Source: Eledone cirrhosa (lineage: Eukaryota). From it: a stretch of 64,000 nt of DNA. A program made the translations under genes and the position numbers. Below the pieces are notes generated by a model. That model did no database searches. It worked only from the letters and a program-made list of their open reading frames with translations, and was not told the DNA's origin. Shown in pieces: positions 15,073 through 27,264 of this stretch. The stretch covers positions 76,508,001 to 76,572,000 of the forward strand of contig OZ024747.1 in the NCBI GenBank assembly GCA_964016885.1. The letters are read 5' to 3'. Position 1 is the first letter of the stretch. The number at the start of each line of letters is the position of its first letter.

Positions 15073-16288
15073 AGACTGTGGTTCTGTAGCTTCAGTTTTG
15101 CTTTTTACTTTTCTCTCTTTCTTTTAGTCTCCTTCTCATTTCACATCTCTCTGTGATAAAAATACTAAAACTGAAACCTATCCTCTATTTGAGAGGCCAC
15201 GTGTTATAATAGCACTGTACTGCTATATTTGCGCAAAAACATATCACGCCGCCTGATCCGACTTTAAGATCATGAAACTAACGCCCTAACCACTAAGACG
15301 CTGCTACAAATATATATTGGGTACAAATGTACAAACGAGTAATATCGATATGAACTATATCTTTAGATAATAATATCACAATCCATAGATTTATGTTTGT
15401 AATTGGTGTACAAGAAATGACAGAAATTCAGTGCAGGTTTAAACTTTGCGGGGAATTATAGTCGTATAAGATTCTGAAACAACATTTTTGTGAACCCACT
15501 TGAAAAGGAATCTGAATGAATGAGACGTGATTTTAACAATTCCAAGGATTTGGTTAACGTTATAAAATTAAATTAGACTACCTATTTTGGATTACATGCG
15601 TTTGTCAGTCGAGATATCTCAATATTCTATTCTAAATGTTAACCACACTGTCGACAACTAAATATCATGTATTTTTCTATTGAGTTAGTCATGTTCCTTC
15701 ATCAAAGTTTCTAGAGAGGGATTTTTTTTTTCTTTGTTGGAATTTGAGTTAATGCTACATTTATATATATTCCATATATTTTTTTCTTTAAAATGCTCGT
15801 AAATTAGAACAATGTCAGTTGCTAGGATTTAATTTATAGATCACGAAGCGATTTAAAATAGATGAACGTAAATTACGGTAGTAATGCAATGAAAAGCATT
15901 AAAAAAATTACGGGGAAATGTGTCACCCTTTATGTGAAATGATAGTATCGTATCCAAAGTTCAACAATTAAATCAAATTGTGAGCAGAATGTGTCTTTAT
16001 TTCGGAGCTAACTGATATAATTTAACAAGTAATATTTGTATGAATGTCTTTGTTCCAGCACGTAATGTTACATATGTCGTATAAAGGTAATTTATATTTC
16101 AAACTTGATATGAGGAATTGCTGCTTTTTAACCCTACGCCAACCCTAACGAGCAGATCCATGATCAAATATATTCCGTCCGTGAATTATTTCTCTTTATT
16201 CTATGTTTAGGTAACCCAGAGCAATATTATTCAATGTATCGGTTTAAAGACGCTGTGAATATCCTGAATATACGTGTTTCCTTTCATT

Positions 16289-16772
16289 AGGGTCGGACGC
16301 CATGCTTTCCAGCATAGTTACGTCCCTTTACGATCTGAGTTCAAATCCCGCCGAGGTTGACTTTGCCTTTCATCCTTACGGGGTCGTTAAAATAAAGTAC
16401 CAGTAATGTACTGGTTAATTGCTGGCCTTGTGTCTAAAGTAGAAACAATTATTAAGACAGTACAAGGCGGTGGATTGGCAGAATCGGTAGAGCGTCGGAC
16501 AACATGAAAATGTGAAGGGTTATCAATTGTATAAGAAACCTAGACTATGCTTAGGGGCATAGAGTTATGGGCCTTTACATTCTGAGTTCAAATCCCGCCA
16601 AAGTTAACTTTGCCTTTCATCCTTACGGAGTCGATAAAATAAAGTACCAGTAGTGCACTGGTTAATTGCTGGCCTTGTGCCTATACTAGAAATCCCTATT
16701 AAGACAGTACATATTGGTATAGCGCCGGACCACATGGTGTGACATATAGTTATGTCCCTTTATGTTCTGAGT

Positions 16773-16775
<3 letters not shown>
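16289..16775 (+). mobile_element. Tandem cluster of the major SINE (2 copies + partial head)
   Basis: Repeated B box, core and tail units. Confidence 0.85.
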
Positions 16776-16808
<33 letters not shown>

Positions 16809-16824
16809 ATACATATATATATAT

Positions 16825-16996
16825 ATAGGAAAATGTTTAAACCCGACGACAGAGCTCAAGCCGTTTCGACGGCTCGAAACGGCTTGATCTCTGCTGTCGG
16901 GGTTAAACATTTTCCTATTACCCACTCTACTACCCTAAGTATTGAGTACTCTGGTACGTTATGGTCCATCTGGTTCCTTACCGCACTTCCTTCGTT
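16825..16996 (+). mobile_element. Ultra-short foldback copy of the PLE family A 3' end (half HHR + tail)
   Basis: Palindrome 16825-16869 / 16874-16918, then a tail matching the reverse complement of 24866-24944; (TA)n on both sides. Confidence 0.85.
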
Positions 16997-17742
16997 ATAT
17001 ATATATATATATGGGGGGGGGGTATGGGTATCTGTGTGTGTGTGTGTGTATGTGTGTGTGTGTGTGTGTGTATCTAACTTTGTTTCACTGCATCTATGTA
17101 CTTGAAATGTCTTCATTCAGTCTTCCATTCACCGCTTTGTACACTATTTTCACATAATAATAAATAAAAAATAAATTTAAAAGGAAAAAGTACAAATAAA
17201 AAATAATAATATTCTGTTTCTACAGATAGCAACGTTGCTTATATGATTTCTCATTTTTCACCTTTTCCAGAAAGTGGTACATCTGAAGAGAATCCTAGCG
17301 CCATTTTCAGGCATACGAATATCTGAAAGCTAGAATAATAGAAACGAATTTAGTACAATATTTTTTTCTCTGTATTCACGCTGCGCAGGTATGACTTAAA
17401 AGCTTGTAGTAAAAGAACCGATTCACATGAAATGCATAGACACATAGAAGCTTTCATTCCATTTCTTTTCGACCTTTATATATAAACGTATTTAAAATAT
17501 TTCCGCTTTTGGCAATCAGGATAATATTTATTAACTTTAATATTATAAGCAGCACTCATCTGTTAATTCTTTGGATGTTATAAATACGGCGATGCATATA
17601 CTTAAAGGTATACCTATTTACACATATTTGCATATGTATACGTAAATATATGCATGTGCTTATGTGAGTGTGTGTGTGTGTGTGAACAACGATGTATATA
17701 CACCCTATTTCTATCTTGCATGTATATGTAAGTAGTTATATA

Positions 17743-17803
<61 letters not shown>

Positions 17804-17889
17804 AAACATTGAACGGGAACAAAACAGAGAGGCAGTACGAACAAAGGTTTATTAGTTTCACGCTCTTGAGAGTGGGGTGATGGTGGGGA

Positions 17890-17922
17890 ACGACGTTTTG
17901 GGCATAAGCCCTTCTTCAGGTG
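17890..17922 (-). ncRNA. Neptune-type minimal hammerhead with extra A after A9, G12 mutated
   Basis: ac-CTGAAGA-A-gggc ttat gccc-AAAA-cg-TC-gt at the 3' end of the EN-bearing element. Confidence 0.55.
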
Positions 17923-19343
17923 AAAAGTGTGTGGTAAGAGAGTTCCAAGGGTGTGTAGGGGAGTGGTGGAGAGACATATAGAAAAAAGGGGTGAGAGGAA
18001 ACGGTACAAATGAAATTAAATATAAAAGCATAATAAAAATAAAAATAAACATGAAGTAAAACAGGTGGTGGAATGGTGTGGGGCGTGTAGGGGTGGTGGC
18101 GGGTGGAGTGGGGAGAGGGAGGCGGGGTGTCCGAGCGGGGAGGGCTGAAGGTGGTGTATGTGTGAAGGTGTACGTGTGTGTGTATGTGAAAGTAAGAGTT
18201 GGGGGAAGAACGGGGTTGCATGTTCAGGAAGAGGTGTGTGTGGGGTGTAGGTCGGTGTGTGTGTGCGTGTGTGGATGGGGAGGAGTCAGAGGGGTGGGGG
18301 AGAGGATTCCGCAGGCTGAGTGTGTAAATATATGGTGGTACGCACGTGTATGTGTGGTGTTTATGCGTGTTGTGGATGTAGGTGACGTGTGGGAAAAAAG
18401 TTTTTTTGACTGTATGTCAGTGGGAGAGTCCGTAAGGTAGTTCCGTAGATGATGTGGTGGAATGCTGGGTAATATCCTTGGGATGTGGTGGATTCTAGGG
18501 ATCGATGTTCAATATGTGTAATCCGTGGTGGGTTGGTCGGAAGAGGGGAGAGGTGGGGTGCGCGCGCAACAGGAAGTGGTCAGAGGGTCAAGGCAGGGGG
18601 AGGGTTGTGTGTCTGTGTGTGCGGGGAGGTGGTCAGAGATAAGGGCATAGCAGCAGTCGGGTAGAATGGTAAGTGAAGAAAGTCGGTGTGTCAGTGTGTG
18701 CGGACGTGCGGTGGACAGGGGAGAGGATGGGTAGGTGTGAAAGTTGGAGTGAGGAGGGTGTGTGTGTGTGTATTAATAGAGTTGTTAGTGGGATGTGTGT
18801 GTGTGTGTGTGAAAGGGTGTGGGTGGTGCGGGGAGAGAAGGGTGTGGGGCCGGTGGAGGGAGTGTAGTGTACTGGTGTGTGTGTGCGTGTTTGGATGAGT
18901 GTGTGTGTGGTGAAGGGGGTGTTAGTGGGTGTTAGTATAATGGTGGTGGGGAAAGGGTTGACTGCAGGTGTGAGTGGGGGTCAGTGGTGGTAGGGTGTGT
19001 TGAGTGGGTGATGTAAGTGGGTGTGTGTGTTCGTGTGCGTGGGGTCGGGGGGTGTTAGTGATGTTAGTTGCGGGGTGGTGGGGTGGATGTGTGGGGTGAG
19101 GGTTAGTGGTGGTGGTAGGGTGTGGGTTTAGTGTGAGCGCGTGAATATATGTACCGGTGGGTGTGTGCGTGTGATAAGGGGAGGGGGAGAAGAAGGGAGG
19201 ATGTTAGTATGTTAGATGGGGAAGGGTGGTCGGGTGTGGGGTGGAGGTGTTAGTATTGTTAATTGTGGGGTGGGCGGTGAAAAGGAGGGGTGTGTTAGTG
19301 ATGTTAGTGGGGGATATGTGTGGGGGGAGGGGGCGGTCGAAGG

Positions 19344-19900
19344 CTAAAGGAATAAGGGTGGGGAGTTCAGGACGGGGGGAGTGTGGGTCTGTAGGGTGAA
19401 GATGGTTAGTTGTTCGACCCTGAGGAGAGTGGCGGGTGTTTCGTGGCATTGGAGTAGACCACAGACTGTGAGGTGGTGTGCGGAATGTCCAGGGGCACCA
19501 AAGTGGCGGGCGATGGGAGAACTACCACCGAGACAAATATCTCGGAGGTGTTCGGTAAACCAGTCCGCCAGGCGACGTCCAGTCTGTCCGACGTAGGTTG
19601 CGCTGCACTCGTGCAGCGAAGTCCGTAGACTAGGTTGGAGGAGGTGCAGCGGAAGGCATGCCGGACAGAGAGAGAGTGGCCGTTGGGACCCTGGAAGGTG
19701 GTAGTGTTGGTGATGTGGGGACAGGTGTTGCAAAGGGACCTGGAACAGGGAAGGGAACTGGGGGGGAAGGAGAGCGTGGGTTGGGGGGGTAGGGAGCTGT
19801 GGACGAGGAGGGTGCGGAGATTGCGTGCGCGTTTGAAGAAGGGGAGTGGTGGGGCTGGGAAGATGTGGGAGGTGGAGGGGTCGGAACAGTTCAAGAGTAA
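19344..19900 (-). pseudogene. Neptune-type PLE linker + GIY-YIG endonuclease fragment, frameshifted near 19610
   Basis: FKRARNLRTLLVHS..PCSRSLCNTC..FRCTSSNLVYGLRC / CSATYVGQTGRRLADWFTEH..PIARHF...H..EQ..IFTLQT..P..LN split across two frames. Confidence 0.85.
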
Positions 19901-20069
19901 CCAATCTTAAAGAGAGAGATGGAGATAGGAGAGGGGATACGAGAGGAGAAGAGAGATTGGTGAATTAGTTTGAAGCCAAAGCGTAAAGGCATGTGCTCAA
20001 TATGCAACATGCAGTGGAAGGCAGCTAAGTGGCTGGGTTCATGCAGAGGTTAGGTGCAAAGAGCTGGAA

Positions 20070-20436
20070 ATATTCATTATTTAAGCAAAACAAGACCACA
20101 AATTTCACAAGTAAGACATTATTAAAAGATTGTCAACATAGTTTTAGTTTGATGTAAGGAATGTAGAGAATAATAATAATAATATTAATAATAATAATGT
20201 CCGTTTACAATTGTTTCGCTACTACATATAATGTTTCTGAAACAAGTGATTTTAATTATTTTCAACTGAACCAGATCATTATTGATCTGGTTCAGTTGAA
20301 AATAATTAACTTAGGTACAATTAGAGCAGCTCATCGGAACTTCAAAAGGAATATAAATTAAAATAAGGAAAGAATGTTGACAATATTTTAATAATGTCTT
20401 CCTTGTGAAATTTGTGGTCTTGTTTTGCTTAACTAA

Positions 20437-20443
<7 letters not shown>
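20070..20443 (-). mobile_element. Foldback mini-element with internal HHR
   Basis: Arms 20070-20139 / 20374-20443; hairpin 20252-20278 / 20283-20309; HHR 20203-20340. Confidence 0.78.
20203..20340 (-). ncRNA. Hammerhead-like fold with U4C core and very long loop II
   Basis: gtt-CCGATGA-gctgct..(about 105 nt incl. 27-bp hairpin)..agtagc-GAAA-caattg-TA-aac. Confidence 0.68.
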
Positions 20444-20527
<84 letters not shown>

Positions 20528-20586
20528 TAATATATATGTATATGAATGTATGTATACTATATTTGGCAATATACTGTATGTTTAAT

Positions 20587-20620
<34 letters not shown>

Positions 20621-20684
20621 TATATATATATTTACTTAGGGAGGAATTTTTCTGTCTTGAATGTTCTTTCTTGACTGAGAAAGC

Positions 20685-20758
20685 CTCCTGATGATTTGAG
20701 ATTTCTCGCAATACTCTACACGGACTATTGTTATTTTCTCAATGAAACTACAGTAGAG
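20685..20758 (+). ncRNA. Type I hammerhead ribozyme
   Basis: ctc-CTGATGA-tttgaga..tctcaat-GAAA-c taca g-TA-gag. Confidence 0.68.
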
Positions 20759-21850
20759 ACATTTAAGTAATTAAAGATTTGTTTCTTATCTTGTTTGCTT
20801 TTCACAGATAGGATTCAGGTTCACGCTTTGAAAGTAAGACAGAAGAAATATTATGATTTCTAATTCGGGCAAGAGTCCAGTAATTTAAGGGAGCGGAAAG
20901 TCACCTCAATTGACGCCCTTTCTTTAATAGTACTTTATTTCATCAACCTCAGAGGGTTGGAAAGAATAGTTTTCCTCCAAGTGCTAGAACTCAGAATGTA
21001 AAGAACCGTTACTAAATGCAGGAAAGTATGTTGACCAACGATCTATTGATCCTGCCAATCCGCCGCCCTTACATAAAGAAAAGTACATCGGGTAAGACAA
21101 ATAGAGTAAGATACACAGCAAGAACGATATATGTAATTATAGAAAAATCGGAATACCAACCAATATATCAGATAGACTGATATGCCCGGTGACAGACGGA
21201 TAGAAAGCTGTATACGGATAAATAAATTGGTAGCTGAGCAGATAAGTACGTATATATGTGTGTATGTGTGTATGTATGTGTATATGTATACGTGTTTTGT
21301 ATGTATACATGTGTGTATATTTGAGTACATGTGTGTGGGTGTGTAGGTAGGAAGGTAGTGAGGTAAGTAAATAGGTAGATATATAGGTAGGTAGAAACCT
21401 TGGAAAGGAGAGGAACAGTGATATGTGCACTGGCAGCTATACAAGCTAGACAAATGAATAAACAAAACGTAACTCCGGCAGATGGTATGGAATATGAATA
21501 TACACTATATAAATATTGCAGAGAGAGTGAGAGGTGGGGGATGTACAGAGAATAGAGAGAGAATGGGAGGTGAAGGAGGAAGAATTAATAATGGAGGTAC
21601 GCGTCCATTACATGATTAGTTAAGAAAATAAATTCATAAAGTAGAAAAGCTATATTTAATTATTATATGCAAACATTGAATTACTTATACTTTTATGTAT
21701 GCATATTAAATATGTATATCTCGCAGTCTCTTTCTCATATATATATATTCCGTTTATCATTTTCGGTGCACCCGGCCGATTAACCCACTCGATATGCAAA
21801 TTGGGCTACTCAGCCGTTAATATGCATAAGGTAAGTATATACGTTCAACA

Positions 21851-22110
21851 ATCTGGCAGGAATGTATACGTTGCTGACGATGGCTAATAAGCTTGAAACT
21901 AGTACAGCGTTCCTTTGTCAGTGTTGAACAAACGAGCAACGATGGTTGCTGGACACTACGGCTTAATACGGGATGTTTGTTTACAAACACACCGAGCATT
22001 AAAATAAATGTTCGGTGAATCCATACGTACATATATATATGTGTACATATATATACATACTACTGTACGTCTGTATACATATATGTATGTACGTGTACAT
22101 ACTTATATAT
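21851..22110 (+). mobile_element. HHR-bearing repeat unit (same family as 48522-48794)
   Basis: Reverse complement of 48525-48794; ends in (TA)n. Confidence 0.75.
21868..21910 (+). ncRNA. Minimal type I hammerhead ribozyme
   Basis: acgttg-CTGACGA-tggct aata agctt-GAAA-ctag-TA-cagcgt; palindromic CTAG loop III. Confidence 0.85.
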
Positions 22111-22124
22111 ATATATATATATAC

Positions 22125-22762
<638 letters not shown>

Positions 22763-23035
22763 CCAGCATATATTTCTCGTGATAAGTAAAGTAATTGTTT
22801 CTTTTGGCACAAGGCCAGCAATTTTCCAGTACATTACTGGTACTCTATTCTATCGACCCCGTAAGGATGAAAGGCAAAGTTAACCTCTGCGGGATTTAAA
22901 CTCGTCATAAGTAAAGTAATATGCGTTCAAATATACGTCATTAGCATTGTTGCGAAATTATTATATACATGCGGCAGATCACATGCACAGATGCTGACTC
23001 GGGTCACTCACATACACACACACACGTTGACGCTC

Positions 23036-23162
<127 letters not shown>

Positions 23163-23191
23163 CATATGTATATGTATATATGTATATAATG

Positions 23192-23245
<54 letters not shown>

Positions 23246-23249
<4 letters not shown>

Positions 23250-23665
23250 CAAAATCACCGGGAGAGATGACCCCTTAGCCTTCGTCAAGGCAGAATTCTA
23301 TGAGAAGGAAAACTCTGATATAACACCTGCAACCCTGATGGTATCCAATGATGTTGACTTGTTCTTCTTTTTGGTAAATATCATCTTGGTTAAGAGAGTG
23401 GGACTGGCTTTGTGCAGTGCCTTTGCTCACTATAAAAGCTTCACGGCACAGGCATTGCTTTATATCTGGAGATCTCTCTGCACTTGTGTCACATGTTACC
23501 ATGGGTCCAGCACTAGGTGTCAATAATTGTCACAAGTGTAGTGTTTGTACCAGAGTTTTCAAGTCGCTGGCTGGACTAAAAAGTCACACGCATTCAGTGC
23601 ATCGGTACGGGTTCTCCTACATGGATATAAAGTAGTGGCCGTACTCGAAAACGAGTTGGCAGCCA

Positions 23666-23668
<3 letters not shown>
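23246..23668 (+). mobile_element. 5'-truncated copy of the RTE-derived non-autonomous element
   Basis: Reverse complement of 45922-46340. Confidence 0.75.
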
Positions 23669-23743
<75 letters not shown>

Positions 23744-24248
23744 CTGCAACATCATGCATTGAACCACAAAGTTACTAAGACAAAACCTATATATTTGCTA
23801 GCAAGATATGCATCTGTATGTATATATATGTTACTAGATATTAATTCTTTATAATTATCTCCAAATTATTTGTCGAGCAATATTGGCCAAGACTGCTGCT
23901 ATGGTAGCAGGCAGGCCACTGTCTTCTTAACAAACCACTTTCCACTGATTGACCTCGATGTCACGTGATTGATTCTTTTTGAATTTGCCACCGACGCAGT
24001 AGGCAGTGATTTTCTCAATGGCTAGGAATTCAGTCCACGCTTTGCTATTTTCTATCCACTGAATTATTTTTGTATAAGTTTCCAGAGTCCACGCTTTGCC
24101 TGGATACTTAGCTGAGAATAGACTTCCCTGACGACGAAATGCTTCTCTATATTTTCTTCGGAAATTATATTTATTCCATTTCAGAAACTAATTAGTTGGG
24201 AGTGAAATTTTAGTAAGTAAGTTAATTTTATAATTTTCTTATTTTACG

Positions 24249-24321
<73 letters not shown>

Positions 24322-24378
24322 TATATGTGTGTGTGTATATATATACATATATATACACACATATATATATGAATATAT

Positions 24379-24430
<52 letters not shown>

Positions 24431-24437
<7 letters not shown>

Positions 24438-24854
24438 TTCACGGGTCTGTATGATTGTGTATAGAAGATTATATTAATAAAAGGAATTCCAACTTTGTCT
24501 GATTTACTCATTTTATTTACAATCCTTTAAAATTATAATGATATTATAATGAAATAGTATGGTAGAATATTAAATGGTATGTGTTAATTGAACAGTCAAG
24601 TTTGCAATTTTCAACTGTTGAAAATTGCAAACTTGACTGTCACCACTGAATATGAACCTGAAGATTGCGAAAGCATGAAAGTACTTGTTCAAATAACGCT
24701 TAATATTTACTACTCTACCATACTATCATATTTCATTATAATATCATTAAAATTTTAAAGGATTGTAAATAAAACGAGTAAATCAGACAAAGTTGGAATT
24801 CCTTGTATTAATATAATCTTCTATACACAATCATACACACCCGTGTATATTTAT
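24431..24854 (+). mobile_element. Foldback mini-element: inverted tail + perfect hairpin + HHR + tail
   Basis: Arms about 24431-24567 / 24714-24854; 24-bp perfect hairpin 24592-24640; HHR 24653-24691; (TA)n flanks. Confidence 0.8.
24653..24691 (+). ncRNA. Minimal type I hammerhead ribozyme
   Basis: tgaac-CTGAAGA-ttgc gaaa gcat-GAAA-gtac-TT-gttca; GNRA loop II, palindromic GTAC loop III. Confidence 0.87.
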
Positions 24855-24959
24855 ATATATAAATATAACGAAGGAAATGTGGTAAGGAACCAGGTGGACC
24901 ATAACGCACCAAAGTACTCAATACTTGAGGTAGTAGAGTGGGTAATAGGAACCAGTAAG

Positions 24960-25053
24960 ACCCCGACAGCTGAGCTCAAGCCGTTTCGACGGCTAATTCT
25001 GGACTAAATGAAAATTTATCCTGGTATTTAAATAGCCGATCTTCTCAAGGGGT
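24960..25053 (-). ncRNA. Type I hammerhead ribozyme, U3-A8 variant (inverted pLTR copy)
   Basis: Reverse complement of 28402-28495. Confidence 0.82.
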
Positions 25054-25698
25054 AATTCCATATATGGTCAAAGTGATTGTCAAAAATCAGTAGTAATTCT
25101 GTGGTTGCAAATTAGTAGGGGAGATGGTGGCTAAACCTGCCAGTAGGAGAAAGAGGGGAGGGGGTGGAGTAGCTCCAATCAAGCGTTTGTAGTGCCAGCC
25201 ACAGCTGGGCATGAGGTCAAAGAAGATACAGGGGAGGGGGAGGGGGAGGAAGTCGGAACGGTAGGTAGAACAATAGGGGGTAGAAATATATAGGAAAGAA
25301 AAAAAAAATACTGAGAGTGAAGAAAAGCAAATAAGTGTAAAGAAAAACAAATGAGTGTAAAGAAAAAAGTAAAGTAAATTAAATTCTACGACCTAGGTCT
25401 CTAGCTATTGTTAGTCTAGAATAAATAAATAAATAAAGAAAGAAAGAAGTAAAGAAAGAAATAAAGAAATAACGAAATAAGTAAAAGAACTAGGTGGGAC
25501 GGAATAGGCGAGGACCCTTTTAAGAGGTATAAGTACGTAAATGATACGGTGACGGGTCAACAAAAGGGGCCAAAATACTAAAGAGACTACCACGAAATAA
25601 ACAATAAAGGTTTCCATCCCGGGCGCAATTCCAGCAACCACCCAGTGCAGCAAAGTGAACTAATACGAGATAATAATTCGAATAATTCGATAATAATT

Positions 25699-27264
25699 AC
25701 GAAGTCCGACATAGGGAGAATCAGCAAAAAAATCCTAGACCGCGTGATACCAAAAGTCAAGCAACACACCCGACTTAGCCTATGGATCAACACCCAGGAA
25801 GTAATCTCCTGGTTCAGCAATATGGAGGATAAACGAGAAACTAAATTCATACAGTTCGACATAGAGAGCTACTATGCTTCAATCACCTTACCGCTACTTA
25901 CTGCCGCCTTGGACTTCGCCGAAATACTTGTGCCCATCACCGACCAGGAAAGAAAAATCATCCTCCACGCCAGGAAGACAGTCTTACTCTTTGACGACTC
26001 TAAATGGATAAAAAGAGCTCCCGACTCACCCTTCGACGTCAGCATGGGCGCCACGGATTCGGCGGAGGTCACAGATCTTATAGGATTATTCCTAATAGCC
26101 AAACTCACTGATATGTTTCCTGCATTCGGTGGTGGATTGTACCGTGATGATGGGCTCCTTACCCTTAAAGGGTACAACCCCAGTAGTACAGATCGGGTCC
26201 GGAAACAATTAATCAGATTCTTCCGCGACTGGGGATTTAAAATAACCCTACAAACGTCCCTGACCAGAGTAAACTTCCTGGACGTGACCCTCGACCTCGA
26301 AAACGACCTGTACTACCCATACAGGAAACCTAATGACAATCTGCACTACATCCACCGCCGATCAAACCATCCTAGGAACATCACAAACAACCTGGTCAAA
26401 AACATCTCCCTCCGCATATCCCGTTTGTCAGCTAATGAGCGGATATTCGATGAACATGCGCCTTATTACAACCAGGCCCTCAAGCGGAGTGGTTTCCGGG
26501 AGGAAATATCCTACTGTCCAGCTCCCATTAGCGGAACCAGCAGGAGACACCGCCGCTCACGCAATGTAACATGGTTCAATCCTCCCCACAACGCAGAGGT
26601 GACAACACCCATCGGGAAACTATTCTTTAGGCTCATTGAAAAACACTTCCCATTACAACACCGCTACCACAACATAATTAACAAAAATACCATCAAACTC
26701 TCTTACAGCACTACACCAAACTTCGCACAAAACATCGTCTCCTCTAACAACAAAAAACTCAACCCCGATGGCAGAAATAACCTAAATAGCAGTGGAGAAC
26801 CGACCAGGAGGTGTAACTGCCCGGATAGATCTATTTGCCCACTCGACAATAGATGCAGAGACCGTAATGTGATCTACCAGTGCAACGTGAGGACGGATAC
26901 CTCCAACAAAGCCTATATAGGACTTACCGCGTGTGACTTCAAGACCCGGCTATACCAACATAGACATACCTTCCGAAACCCGGCCCGGCGTCACGCCACT
27001 ACACTTTCGGGCCACATATGGGACCTCAAGGACAACAACATCACCTATGATCTCACTTGGAGAATACTGTCCAGAGCCAATTCTTACACGGGAGGACGCC
27101 GTCCGTGCAATTTATGCTCGGAGGAAACTTTACAAATGCTGTTTTCGACGGACCAACTCCTAAACAAGAAAGATGAACTGGTTACTGCATGTAAACATAG
27201 ATTGCGTAGGACTTACCTCGCCCTCAAACCCCATAATGACCCGGGGTGTAGACTAGGGCTATAA
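25699..27264 (+). CDS. Penelope-like retroelement RT + C-terminal GIY-YIG endonuclease, 5'-truncated but uninterrupted (Naiad-like)
   Basis: RT motifs FIQFDIESYY, FDVSMGATDSAEVTDLIG, LYRDDGL, VNFLDVTL; linker CNCxxxxxCPLxxxC; GIY-YIG-like NVIYQC..KAYIGLT..FKTRLYQH; C-terminal CNLC..E..LLNKKDE..CKH. Homology starts at TKSDIG (25699). The track start at 25645 lies in the inverted repeat and is not a real start. Confidence 0.93.
   Translation, partial: TKSDIGRISKKILDRVIPKVKQHTRLSLWINTQEVISWFSNMEDKRETKFIQFDIESYYASITLPLLTAALDFAEILVPITDQERKIILHARKTVLLFDDSKWIKRAPDSPFDVSMGATDSAEVTDLIGLFLIAKLTDMFPAFGGGLYRDDGLLTLKGYNPSSTDRVRKQLIRFFRDWGFKITLQTSLTRVNFLDVTLDLENDLYYPYRKPNDNLHYIHRRSNHPRNITNNLVKNISLRISRLSANERIFDEHAPYYNQALKRSGFREEISYCPAPISGTSRRHRRSRNVTWFNPPHNAEVTTPIGKLFFRLIEKHFPLQHRYHNIINKNTIKLSYSTTPNFAQNIVSSNNKKLNPDGRNNLNSSGEPTRRCNCPDRSICPLDNRCRDRNVIYQCNVRTDTSNKAYIGLTACDFKTRLYQHRHTFRNPARRHATTLSGHIWDLKDNNITYDLTWRILSRANSYTGGRRPCNLCSEETLQMLFSTDQLLNKKDELVTACKHRLRRTYLALKPHNDPGCRLGL

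Larger units (their letters stand above)
17801..19900 (-). mobile_element. Neptune-type PLE 3' portion with long C/A-rich 3' UTR and terminal HHR
   Basis: EN fragment, low-complexity UTR, CTGAAGAAGGGC..GCCC(A)AAACGTC motif, aataaa, then (TA)n. Confidence 0.7.

Noticed and set aside
17277-17338. CTGAAGA..GAAAGCTA candidate
   Set aside because: Stems I and II pair poorly; at best a decayed remnant.
24122-24177. CTGACGA-cgaa..ttcg-GAAA hammerhead candidate
   Set aside because: No stem I partner after a UH site.
25645-27264. Selenoprotein-type PLE (in-frame TGA at Cys positions, reported for some Naiad elements)
   Set aside because: Both long ORFs have ordinary Cys codons and no in-frame TGA in the part present.
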